A DNA stretch of 64,000 nt, taken from positions 205,548 to 269,547 of IMG/VR virus record IMGVR_UViG_3300010355_000898; one strand, given 5' to 3'. Within the stretch, counting starts at the first letter, position 1, and the number at the start of each line of letters is the position of its first letter. Shown here piece by piece: positions 38,013-46,817 of this stretch. The notes beneath the pieces were generated by a model. That model searched no databases. It saw nothing but the letters and a program-made list of their open reading frames with translations, and was not told the origin of the DNA. The position numbers and the translations under genes were made by a program. This stretch comes from a virus (taxonomy: Duplodnaviria > Caudoviricetes).

Positions 38013-38611
38013 ATTTGAAACTTTTGAGCACCTATGAACCGGTTGACACAAATGGTCAACTGATTAGAGAGAATGTTAATGAGAATGGTGAAGAAAAATT
38101 GTTTCTCAAAGGTATTCTTCAGAGAGCAGATACACTCAATCAGAATGGCAGAATTTATCCAAAAGAAATTCTTGAGAGAGAAGTTAGAAATTATCAAAAA
38201 TTCATTGCAGAAAATAGAGCATTGGGTGAGTTAGATCACCCAGATTCAAGTGTAGTCAATCTCAAAAATGCTTCACACATCATCAGAGAGGCATACATGG
38301 AGGGTGATGTTGTGTATGGAACACTTGAAGTTTTAACAAAATTACCATCTGGTCAAGTGTTGAAAGGTTTAATTGAGCATGGAGTAAAAATTGGTATCAG
38401 TTCAAGGGGTGTTGGAACAACAAGAAAACAGGGTGATTATCAAGTTGTTCAGGATGATTTTCAATTGATCTGTTGGGACACCGTCTCTGAACCATCAACT
38501 CCAGCAGCATTCATGTTGCCAGAGGGCAGACAGTTGTCAGAGAGTGAAATTCACAGAGTTCTCAATAAATCTGATAGAATTGACAGAATTTTGAATGATA
38601 TATTGAAGTGA
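38009..38611 (+). CDS. Prohead maturation protease (T4 gp21-like)
   Basis: NQNGRIY, GELDHP, SH, GISSRG, D.VSEPS. Confidence 0.93.
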   Translation: MNLKLLSTYEPVDTNGQLIRENVNENGEEKLFLKGILQRADTLNQNGRIYPKEILEREVRNYQKFIAENRALGELDHPDSSVVNLKNASHIIREAYMEGDVVYGTLEVLTKLPSGQVLKGLIEHGVKIGISSRGVGTTRKQGDYQVVQDDFQLICWDTVSEPSTPAAFMLPEGRQLSESEIHRVLNKSDRIDRILNDILK

Positions 38612-38634
38612 TATCACCAATTCATGAATTCATT

Positions 38635-38663
38635 TTGAGCCACGAGAGTGGCTCAATCTGTTT
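38635..38663 (+). terminator. Stem-loop TTGAGCCAC-GAGA-GTGGCTCAA, probable terminator
   Basis: 9-bp perfect stem, GNRA loop, weak T tract. Confidence 0.6.
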
Positions 38664-38668
38664 CAGCT

Positions 38669-38676
38669 ATATTTAA
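38669..38676 (+). promoter_or_regulatory. Putative late promoter ATATTTAA
   Basis: Recurrent motif. Confidence 0.55.
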
Positions 38677-38693
38677 TGAAGAAAGAATAGTTC

Positions 38694-39083
38694 ATGTTAA
38701 ACAATCCAAAACCAGGTTATAATGCTCTCAATGAATATCAGGCATCTGCATTACCATGGGTAACCAGTTCATATGGTGCTCAAGGCGTAACATATGGATA
38801 CAATTTTGACTATGTTACAAAATTTGTTGTGATTAAGAATTTGACTTCAACATCTGGTAGCAATTTACGAGTTGGTTTTACAAAAAATGGTGTTGAAAAT
38901 TCAAACTATTTTCTTGTTGCACCAAGTGATCAGATAGATCTTGAATATCGGGTTAATGAATTGTATTTGAGAACTGATGGAGCATATTCAGTTCAGTATT
39001 CAGTGGCTGCAGGTTTGACTGCAATTGAATCACGATTTGCAGTACCAATCACCGGATCAAATGGATACAATGGAGTAGGATAA
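38694..39083 (+). CDS. Hypothetical virion protein
   Basis: Beta-rich, EYQASALPWVTSS, TSGS/ITGS motifs; in head operon. Confidence 0.55.
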   Translation: MLNNPKPGYNALNEYQASALPWVTSSYGAQGVTYGYNFDYVTKFVVIKNLTSTSGSNLRVGFTKNGVENSNYFLVAPSDQIDLEYRVNELYLRTDGAYSVQYSVAAGLTAIESRFAVPITGSNGYNGVG

Positions 39084-39097
39084 GTTTGAGGTAGAGT

Positions 39098-39514
39098 ATG
39101 AAAATCTCAAAACAATTGTTCAAAGAATATGTTAAAGAATGTTTGATTGAAATTTTGACTGAAGGATTGTCAAAGACAGAATTGAATGAGAGCATAAAAA
39201 AGAATTCTTCTGTTGTGTTTGGTTCTTCTGATAAACCGCGTACACAACAACGTTCTGTTGATGTTGAAAGTGGCAAAGTGAATGAATTGGTGAAATCTGC
39301 AACAAGTGATGCGAAATTTGCATCATTACTTGAGGACACTGCAAGGAATACATTGCCTGATATGTTGAAATCAGAACAGAGGAGTGCTCAACAGGTTTAT
39401 GCAAAAGGGACTGCAGAAGATATAGTTGATCAACATAATCCTGAAGAGCTTTTTGGTAATGTTGCAAACAATTGGTCAAATTTGGCATTTGCATCGAAGA
39501 AATTACCTGGCTGA
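39098..39514 (+). CDS. Hypothetical head-associated protein
   Basis: VKECLIEILTEG and LNES putative maturation sites. Confidence 0.55.
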   Translation: MKISKQLFKEYVKECLIEILTEGLSKTELNESIKKNSSVVFGSSDKPRTQQRSVDVESGKVNELVKSATSDAKFASLLEDTARNTLPDMLKSEQRSAQQVYAKGTAEDIVDQHNPEELFGNVANNWSNLAFASKKLPG

Positions 39515-39519
39515 TTGTA

Positions 39520-39527
39520 ATACTTAG
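39520..39527 (+). promoter_or_regulatory. Putative late promoter ATACTTAG
   Basis: Recurrent motif variant. Confidence 0.45.
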
Positions 39528-39549
39528 TGAATATCTTGGGTGATATAAA

Positions 39550-39801
39550 ATGAAACTTACAAAAGAACTGTTACAAAAGCTGATCATTGAAGAGAAGGAA
39601 AAATTTGGCAAAATCAGGTCAACTGAGGATGTTGCTGAAGAGACTGAAGAGGTTGATGCAGATGAATATGCTGACACTCTTGAGAAGCATGTTGATTTCA
39701 TCAAGGCATTAAAAATCAAAGAGAACAGATTGCGTTCACAATTGAGAAGAATTGGTGAAGCAAAAAAAGTTGTGATAACAAAAATCAAAAAGATGATCTG
39801 A
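39550..39801 (+). CDS. Small head-associated protein
   Basis: MKLTKELLQKLIIEE N-terminus; IKE site. Confidence 0.55.
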   Translation: MKLTKELLQKLIIEEKEKFGKIRSTEDVAEETEEVDADEYADTLEKHVDFIKALKIKENRLRSQLRRIGEAKKVVITKIKKMI

Positions 39802-39826
39802 TTGAAGATTTGAAAGAAATTGACAT

Positions 39827-40354
39827 ATGGCAATAACAAAGAAGAAAGCAACACCTGGCAGCGGAAAATACGGAAGATACGCTCCAAACAAGACTGATCC
39901 AAAATATACACTTTTGGCCAAGTGTTTCTCAAACACACCATATGTTAAGGATGGTGCTGTACTTGATGAGAACACATATGCGCAACAGGTGATTGACATA
40001 GCAACAGCACCATTCAGTAGTGGCAATCCTGGATTATTGCCAAGTGATGGGATTTCAGGTGCTGATCCTGATCTGTTTGCCAATGGTCAAGTTGCAACCG
40101 GTTATGGTAATGCACCAAATATTGGTGATGTAAAGTGGACAGAACCAGGTGGACCAGCAAATTCATATGTACCAGATGTAACGTCACCAGGACCAGGAAA
40201 AACAGAAGGTATTGACAAGAATAAGGATCCACAAATCGGATATAATGATATCAAACCGGCTTATGCAGGACCTGGAACAACAGAGGGCACTGCATTGCCA
40301 ACTGAAGCTTCAAAAACTATCATCAATGATAGAGGTTTTGCAAAGAGGTCATAA
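39827..40354 (+). CDS. Pro/Gly-rich hypothetical virion protein
   Basis: 175-aa ORF in head operon. Confidence 0.55.
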   Translation: MAITKKKATPGSGKYGRYAPNKTDPKYTLLAKCFSNTPYVKDGAVLDENTYAQQVIDIATAPFSSGNPGLLPSDGISGADPDLFANGQVATGYGNAPNIGDVKWTEPGGPANSYVPDVTSPGPGKTEGIDKNKDPQIGYNDIKPAYAGPGTTEGTALPTEASKTIINDRGFAKRS

Positions 40355-40390
40355 AAATCAATTTTTGTCCACTAGTTAAAAAAGGATAAT

Positions 40391-42271
40391 ATGTCAAAGC
40401 AATTATACGTTGAAGCATTAGCTGATGTCAAAAAATTGAAGGAAGTTGCAGAAAATAATGCAAAAAATGCAATTATTGAAGCTGTTACTCCAAGAATTAG
40501 AGAATTCATTGAAAATTCTCTTCAAGGAGAAATCGATGATCAAGAGGATGAAACTGATGACATAACTCCTCCTGGAATGCCCTCAGTTAATGGAGAAATG
40601 TTGACAGATGTTGACAATAATCCAAATGAGAAGAATGATTTGACAGTATCTGGTGAAGAACAACCACTTGAACAGATGACGGCTCCAACTCCACAATCAG
40701 AACAACCATTGATATCATCTCCTGATGAAGAAGGAAAAGTTACTCTTGATCTGAGCGGTCTTGAGGCTCCTCCTGGTGAAGTTGATGTTGTTGTGCCAAA
40801 TGTTGAGGATGTTGTTGTTGATGAAATATCTTCAGATGATTCAGAAGAAGAGTATGAATTGAGTCTTGAAGCAATATCATTGTTGGCGCCTCTCATTGGA
40901 AAGAAGAAGGCTGCCAATGAAAAAATGTTTGAATTGAATGTTTACAGAATTTCAGAAGCAGTTGATCAGTACAGGACCGCAAGCAAACTTTTGAGAGAAA
41001 CAAGAACATATCAGGATCAAATTTCAAAGATGATTGCTGCAGTGCAAAATATGTATGAATACTTGCAGGAAGCTGGTTTTGAACAGTCAAGGAAATCATT
41101 CCTTGAAGAAAAACTTGAGAAACTGCATGAGGATGTTAACAATCTCAAGAAACAGGGCAAAAACATGAAAAAACTTAATGAAGCAGAAGTTACTCTCAAA
41201 TTGACCGGCATGCCGGATGACATTGATCTTGAACAGATTGGTGTTGATCTCTTGACTGGTGAAGAGGAGGAAGGAACTGAAGAGGGTGAACCTGAGGACC
41301 TTGATATTGACATCACATCTGATGAGGATGAAGGTGGTGAAGAGGGCCAAGAGGGTGAAGATCTTGATCTGAACATTGATGCTGACGGTGAAGATGTTAA
41401 CGTCAAAGAAGAGGGTGAAGATATGGATGATGATCAGGTCATTGAGATTGATGAATCTGTTCTCAGAAGAGAGCTGATCAGAGCACGTAAACTCTTTGAG
41501 AGCGCTGCAAAAGCAAAGAGTGCAAAGGACTTTGGCGGTGGAAAGTCTGATGGCGATCCACTGAAAGAGGATGAAGAATTTGGCGGTGGAAAATCAGAGG
41601 GTGATCCTCTCAAGGAAGCAGATGGTGCTTCAGATGATGAGGGAACTCTGGTTGCAAATGAATCAGTTTGCGAAGAGGGTGATGAGATGGAAGAGGGTGG
41701 TCAAAAGGGTGAAATCAATGATCAACCAGAAAATCGTCAGATTGAGGAAGAACTTCAATTTGAGTCAAAATTGCGCTCATCACTTGCAAGGAGAGCTAAA
41801 CTGATCAGAGAGAGTTCAGTCAGTGGTTCAAGAGTGCGTTACAACAACATTGTGAAGCGTTTCAATGAATCACTCGCACGTTCAAAAGGATTGCGTGCAA
41901 AGATGTTAAAAGAGCACAACTCAAATAGTGGCTCAAGGTCTGAGGAGAGCAGGACCAACAGAAGTCTCCAAACAAAATTGGCAGAGACGAATCTCTACAA
42001 TGCAAAACATCACTTAACAAAGAAGCTGTTTGAAACTCGTGTTGTGACATCTGCTCAGAAGGCAGCAATTGTCAGAAGAATTGATGCAGCAAAATCTGTT
42101 GGTGAGGTTAGGGCTCTAATTGAGAATTTCTCAAAGAGACTTAGTGGTAAGACAATCAGTGAGAGTGCTGTCAAAGGCAGCGCATCACAACCCGCAAAGC
42201 AATCACAACCAGTCTTGACAGAAGGTGTCGAGGTTGATCGTTGGGGTAAGCTTGCTGGCATAATCAAGTGA
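40391..42271 (+). CDS. Prohead scaffold/core protein
   Basis: Directly upstream of capsid gene; ALADVKKLKEVA..NAK, very acidic middle, LAETNLYNAK, C-terminal RWGKLAGI. Confidence 0.75.
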   Translation: MSKQLYVEALADVKKLKEVAENNAKNAIIEAVTPRIREFIENSLQGEIDDQEDETDDITPPGMPSVNGEMLTDVDNNPNEKNDLTVSGEEQPLEQMTAPTPQSEQPLISSPDEEGKVTLDLSGLEAPPGEVDVVVPNVEDVVVDEISSDDSEEEYELSLEAISLLAPLIGKKKAANEKMFELNVYRISEAVDQYRTASKLLRETRTYQDQISKMIAAVQNMYEYLQEAGFEQSRKSFLEEKLEKLHEDVNNLKKQGKNMKKLNEAEVTLKLTGMPDDIDLEQIGVDLLTGEEEEGTEEGEPEDLDIDITSDEDEGGEEGQEGEDLDLNIDADGEDVNVKEEGEDMDDDQVIEIDESVLRRELIRARKLFESAAKAKSAKDFGGGKSDGDPLKEDEEFGGGKSEGDPLKEADGASDDEGTLVANESVCEEGDEMEEGGQKGEINDQPENRQIEEELQFESKLRSSLARRAKLIRESSVSGSRVRYNNIVKRFNESLARSKGLRAKMLKEHNSNSGSRSEESRTNRSLQTKLAETNLYNAKHHLTKKLFETRVVTSAQKAAIVRRIDAAKSVGEVRALIENFSKRLSGKTISESAVKGSASQPAKQSQPVLTEGVEVDRWGKLAGIIK

Positions 42272-42303
42272 ACAAATACAGAAAGCAAAAGAGAGAGAAA
42301 TAT

Positions 42304-44190
42304 ATGTCTAAAATGTTTACACTTGATCAGCTCTCAAAGGACGTTAAAGAACGTAACATTGGTGCTGATCGCGTTAGATTGGTAGAAAAATGGTCAAGAT
42401 CAGGTCTCCTGAGAGGCCTTGATGGTTACAAGCGTGAGTCAATGGCTCAATTGCTTGAGAACCAAGCAGCACAGGTTTTGAAGGAAGCTGCTGCAATCTC
42501 AACCGGTGGTGGTACAATGACCTCAACCGGTCAACTGCAAGGTTTCACAAACGTTGCATTCCCAATAGTTCGTAGGGTTTTCGGTGGTCTCGTTGCAAAT
42601 GAGCTGGTTTCAGTTCAGCCAATGACACTCCCATCTGGCCTTGTGTTCTATCTCGATTACACATATGGAAGTTATGTCGGTGGTGACAGCGATGCAACAA
42701 ACAATGTGTATGCAAAGGGTCAGTCATTGTACAGCAACCCAGCTGGTAGAGGTATCCAATCAGGATCTCTTGCAGCAGGTGGTATGTATGATATCGCTGG
42801 TGATGGATACTCAAGAGTTCATGCTGTGTCAGCAACCATCGCAACTGCATCAATTGGTGCATGGACCGGTGCTTCTGAAGCCTGGACAGTTGGTGGCATC
42901 GTTGCTTCACAAACTGATTTTACAGGTACAAACGCAAGAATGCTTCAATTTGATCCACAAGTTGAGGTTGACATTGCAAACAATGTTCTTGACGTTCAAT
43001 TCCTCCATGTCGCTGTCAGTGATTTGACAACTGGCATTGCAAAGGGTGACTTCCTCGCAATTGATCAGATTGCTTACTTTGGTCCAACGACCGGGAGCGT
43101 CGGCTCCGACGTCTGGGGTTCAACCTATCAGGGCGGTTCTGGCATCCTGAATCTCAGGAGACTGAACAAGCGTGGTACGTTCTCTGGTGGTGTGTTTACC
43201 GCTGATCCACTCAATGGTACATACATTCAGATGGTACTCAGGTTGACAAACGCTGCAACAACAGCAATCATCACCGGTGCTCAGGCTTCAAACTTGAAGT
43301 TCTCTGCTCCTGTCCAAGACAACCTCGCAGTTGACAGCAGCTCTGGCGGTACTCTCACGGTTCCAAGTTTTGAAAGCGATTTTGGTTCTTCACCAACGCC
43401 TGCAATTCCTGAAATCGATATCAAGATTGAGAGCATTGCAATCACTGCAACAAGCCGTAAGCTCAGGGCTCGTTGGTCCCCTGAATTGGCACAAGATCTC
43501 AATGCGTACCACTCAATTGACGCAGAGGTTGAGTTGACATCAATCCTTTCAGAGCAGATTGCTCTTGAGATTGATCGTGAAATTCTTGGTGATCTTCTCA
43601 CACAAGCAAATGGCGCAATCATGTACTGGAGCAGAGCTCCTGGCAGGTTCGTCAACAAGTTGACCGGTGCTCCTGTTCAGTTGGCAAACAGCCTTTCAAT
43701 CGGACCACAATTCACTGGTACAGTCCGTGAATGGTATGAGACACTGATTGAGACAATCATCGATGTTGCAAATACAATTCACAGGAAGACCCTCCGCGGT
43801 GCAGCAAACTTCATGGTAACTGGCCCAGATGTTTGCACAATCCTTGAGAGCAGCGTGTTGTATAAGCCAAAGTTCTCAATTGATAGCGAAGGTCAGGTTG
43901 GCAGCCCATTCACCATTGGTGCAGAGGCTGTTGGTACGGTGAGCAACAGGTTCACAGTTTACAAGGACCCATACTTCCCAAGAAACAAGATTCTTGTTGG
44001 ATATAAAGGTGGATCATATTTGGAAACGGGATTTGTATATTCCCCATACGTTCCGCTGATAGTCACACCAACAATTTTCGCACCTGAAGATTTTACGCCA
44101 AGGCGTGGAGTGATGACAAGGTACGGAAAGAAGATGATTCGATCTGACTTCTATGGTGTTGTGAATGTCCTTGACATGAACATCATCTAA
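42304..44190 (+). CDS. Major capsid protein (T4 gp23-like)
   Basis: LLENQ, FPIVRRVF, VSVQPMTLPSGLVFYL, RKLRARWSPELAQDL, EIDREI, YSPYVPL, GVMTRYG. Confidence 0.96.
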   Translation: MSKMFTLDQLSKDVKERNIGADRVRLVEKWSRSGLLRGLDGYKRESMAQLLENQAAQVLKEAAAISTGGGTMTSTGQLQGFTNVAFPIVRRVFGGLVANELVSVQPMTLPSGLVFYLDYTYGSYVGGDSDATNNVYAKGQSLYSNPAGRGIQSGSLAAGGMYDIAGDGYSRVHAVSATIATASIGAWTGASEAWTVGGIVASQTDFTGTNARMLQFDPQVEVDIANNVLDVQFLHVAVSDLTTGIAKGDFLAIDQIAYFGPTTGSVGSDVWGSTYQGGSGILNLRRLNKRGTFSGGVFTADPLNGTYIQMVLRLTNAATTAIITGAQASNLKFSAPVQDNLAVDSSSGGTLTVPSFESDFGSSPTPAIPEIDIKIESIAITATSRKLRARWSPELAQDLNAYHSIDAEVELTSILSEQIALEIDREILGDLLTQANGAIMYWSRAPGRFVNKLTGAPVQLANSLSIGPQFTGTVREWYETLIETIIDVANTIHRKTLRGAANFMVTGPDVCTILESSVLYKPKFSIDSEGQVGSPFTIGAEAVGTVSNRFTVYKDPYFPRNKILVGYKGGSYLETGFVYSPYVPLIVTPTIFAPEDFTPRRGVMTRYGKKMIRSDFYGVVNVLDMNII

Positions 44191-44216
44191 GGTTAAAATA
44201 AGGTCAAAATAACTTT

Positions 44217-44246
44217 GGGCCTCCTTTTGGGAGGCCCTTTGTTTTT
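44217..44246 (+). terminator. Rho-independent terminator after capsid gene
   Basis: GGGCCTCC-TTTTG-GGAGGCCC followed by TTTGTTTTT. Confidence 0.85.
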
Positions 44247-44377
44247 CTGCAAAGTGCATCATGAACCATCAAAGGGTAAATGACTTTTTCATAAATGACT
44301 TTCACAAAGTCATCATCTCTGTTCTCAAGGGAACAATAGGGTGAATGACTACCACACAAGGGGTGAATGACAATTAC

Positions 44378-44416
44378 ATACTTAATTGTGTACAGTGGTC
44401 AATTGTGTTGTACAAT
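44378..44416 (+). promoter_or_regulatory. Tandem late motif (ATACTTAA) and TGTACA-N16-TACAAT promoter
   Basis: Direct reading upstream of the endonuclease gene. Confidence 0.5.
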
Positions 44417-44436
44417 AAAACTATGAAAGTTGTTTT

Positions 44437-45360
44437 ATGGAAATTTGTAAAGATTGTGGAATTGAATTAAAAAACATACGAGCGCTTGTATTACATGTGA
44501 ATAAACATCATCATGGATATGATTTATATGTACTCAACCATGATTACAATGGTGTAAGACCATTGTGCAAATGTGGATGTGGTCAAGAAACTCCTTGGAG
44601 TAAAAAGAAAAAGAAATACACTGAATATTCATATGGTCATATATTGCAAACACCATCAGTGAGGCCTAGGGCGTTAAAAGCTGCAGCAATTGCAATGAGT
44701 CGTCCTGAAGTTAGAGCAAAGAATTCTGAACGATTAAAGGAACGTTGGAAGAATGATGAAAAGTTCAGAGAACATCAAAAACAGATATCAAAAATGAATA
44801 TGCAGAAAATGTTAGAACACAACAAAACTCCAGAAGCTCGGGCAGCATCTTCACAGAGAAAAAAGGATTTTTGGGCATCTGAAAAGGGTGAACAACTCAG
44901 AGAACAGATGAAATCTGATGAAATGAGACAGAAGATATCAGAGGCAACTCAGACTGCATTTACCCCTGAAGTTAAACAGAGAACATCTGATGGCGTGAAG
45001 AGAGCAATCATGAGTGGAAAGTTTACACCATCAACAAGTTGGAAAAATCTTGATAGAGGATACGTTGACAACATTTGGTGTGACAGTGGACTTGAGAAAA
45101 GATTTGTTGAGAAATGTAGAGAACTGAATATTGTTTGTGAAAGAACATCCAGATGTCACAGAGTACAGTATGGTGATGGAAAAATATACATTCCAGATTT
45201 CTATCTTCCAGAACACAATGCAATCATTGAATTGAAGGGAAGAATTGTTGACATTGATTATGAAAAATGGAAAGAGGCAGAAAAAGTGTTCGAACATTTC
45301 ATTGTATTGAATAAAGATAATTACGCAAAATTTTTGGAGGTATTATGTCCCTCTACGTAA
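44437..45360 (+). CDS. Free-standing homing-endonuclease-like protein (Zn fingers, NUMOD-like helices, PD-(D/E)xK)
   Basis: C2H2 finger, CKCGCG, RQKISEA-type repeats, DSGLE...YIPDFY...IIELKG. Confidence 0.75.
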   Translation: MEICKDCGIELKNIRALVLHVNKHHHGYDLYVLNHDYNGVRPLCKCGCGQETPWSKKKKKYTEYSYGHILQTPSVRPRALKAAAIAMSRPEVRAKNSERLKERWKNDEKFREHQKQISKMNMQKMLEHNKTPEARAASSQRKKDFWASEKGEQLREQMKSDEMRQKISEATQTAFTPEVKQRTSDGVKRAIMSGKFTPSTSWKNLDRGYVDNIWCDSGLEKRFVEKCRELNIVCERTSRCHRVQYGDGKIYIPDFYLPEHNAIIELKGRIVDIDYEKWKEAEKVFEHFIVLNKDNYAKFLEVLCPST

Positions 45361-46502
45361 AGAAGACAGAGTTCTGTTGCAAGATTTGTGGTTGGCAAAT
45401 GAAGGACACAGAGAGAGCAGGAAAAGCATTCTCAGATCATCTCAGACGTCAACACGGTTTGAGTTCTCAAGAGTACACTGTCAGACATCTCCATAATGGA
45501 GTGAGACCAACCTGTCCAGTCTGTGGCAGTGAGACACGATACCTCTCTTTTGGCTTTAGGAAATACTGCTCTGAGCACCAGAAGTGTGCAATGCAGGAGG
45601 GTGGCAGGGGTGAACTGAGTTCTCCAAATGGGGCTGCTGCCGCGACAATGATTATGGTCAAACCGATCACAGCAAAAGAAAAGATTCCCAAGACAACTGA
45701 CCGGTCTTGGGAAGATCTGTACGCAGAATGGCAAACATTCATCAGGAAACAGCACAGGGGAACGTTCACCAAGGGTGACACACAATTCTCAGACTGCGGG
45801 AAGTGGGCATACAGACTGATTGACATCAGGAAGAATGTAGACAGGACAGAGTTGTCAAATCTGTACACTGCATTGGGCAACATTGGTTGCAGACTGACTG
45901 TGTACACCAGCGATGAATGGCGAGAAAAGGGTGACATCTGCAGACAACAGATTGGTCACATATTGGGTGAGAGCACAGTCAGGATTGGCGCACGACAGTG
46001 CCAGATTAGGCAGTTGACAACAGCTGAAAGACGTGATGTGTTCACCAAATATCACATTCAGGGTGACACTTCAGCAAAGGTTGCATATGGACTCATCAGT
46101 GGGGGTGAAATTGTTGGTGCTGTGAGCGGCAGAGTTCCAGTTCAGAAGAAGTGGGGACATGTTCTTGAGATTGCAAGGATGGTTTTCAAGAGTGGATATT
46201 CAGTCATGGGCGGCGCATCGAGGCTCATAAGGGCTCTTGAAGTGTGGGCCAAATTGAACTGCTTCAGTGGCGTCATTTCATATGCTGAGCTGCGTTATGG
46301 AACAGGTGGTGTGTACGGGAAGTGTGGGTACCAGAAGGTTGCTGTCACTGGGCAGAACTATTGGTATTCAGATGGAGTGAACAGGTATGACCGGTTTGCT
46401 TTCCGCGCCCATGATGGTAAGTCAGAAGCACAGTGTGCACTCGAGCATGGTGTTCATCCTGTTTGGGGAATTGGCAATGCTGTGTACCTGAAACTGTTCT
46501 GA
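45345..46502 (+). CDS. Hef-like homing-endonuclease-related protein, possibly degenerate
   Basis: CKIC..HLRRQH, CPVC..YCS, SDEW, IGARQCQI, HIQG, GGASRL, SYAELRYG; higher G+C than flanks. Confidence 0.6.
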   Translation: MSLYVKKTEFCCKICGWQMKDTERAGKAFSDHLRRQHGLSSQEYTVRHLHNGVRPTCPVCGSETRYLSFGFRKYCSEHQKCAMQEGGRGELSSPNGAAAATMIMVKPITAKEKIPKTTDRSWEDLYAEWQTFIRKQHRGTFTKGDTQFSDCGKWAYRLIDIRKNVDRTELSNLYTALGNIGCRLTVYTSDEWREKGDICRQQIGHILGESTVRIGARQCQIRQLTTAERRDVFTKYHIQGDTSAKVAYGLISGGEIVGAVSGRVPVQKKWGHVLEIARMVFKSGYSVMGGASRLIRALEVWAKLNCFSGVISYAELRYGTGGVYGKCGYQKVAVTGQNYWYSDGVNRYDRFAFRAHDGKSEAQCALEHGVHPVWGIGNAVYLKLF

Positions 46503-46583
46503 GCAATAGCCACATACAGTTCTGTCAACAGGTCCAGAATGACCCAGAACAATTTTTTGTCAGCACACCATAGATATAACTGT

Positions 46584-46817
46584 ATGCAGACTGACAAAGG
46601 TATTCAGGGGTTATTGAGGGAGATCAGGGATGTTCTCATTGATAAGGTTGATCAGGAGGAATTGGATGAGATCATCAGGAAGGTTGGCAACCGATGGGTT
46701 CTGTACACTAAGAAGAAGGATCCAAAAACAGGCAAACACAGGAGGTTGGGAACTCATACCTCAAAGAAGGGTGTAATTGATCAGGAATTGGCAATCAAGT
46801 ATTCACAAGGACAGTGA
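46584..46817 (+). CDS. Small basic hypothetical protein
   Basis: IRKVGNRWVLY...LGTH; LDE site. Confidence 0.55.
   Translation: MQTDKGIQGLLREIRDVLIDKVDQEELDEIIRKVGNRWVLYTKKKDPKTGKHRRLGTHTSKKGVIDQELAIKYSQGQ

Noticed and set aside
39132-39941. 269-aa minus-strand ORF
   Set aside because: Antisense shadow across three well-formed head-operon genes, with no recognisable motifs
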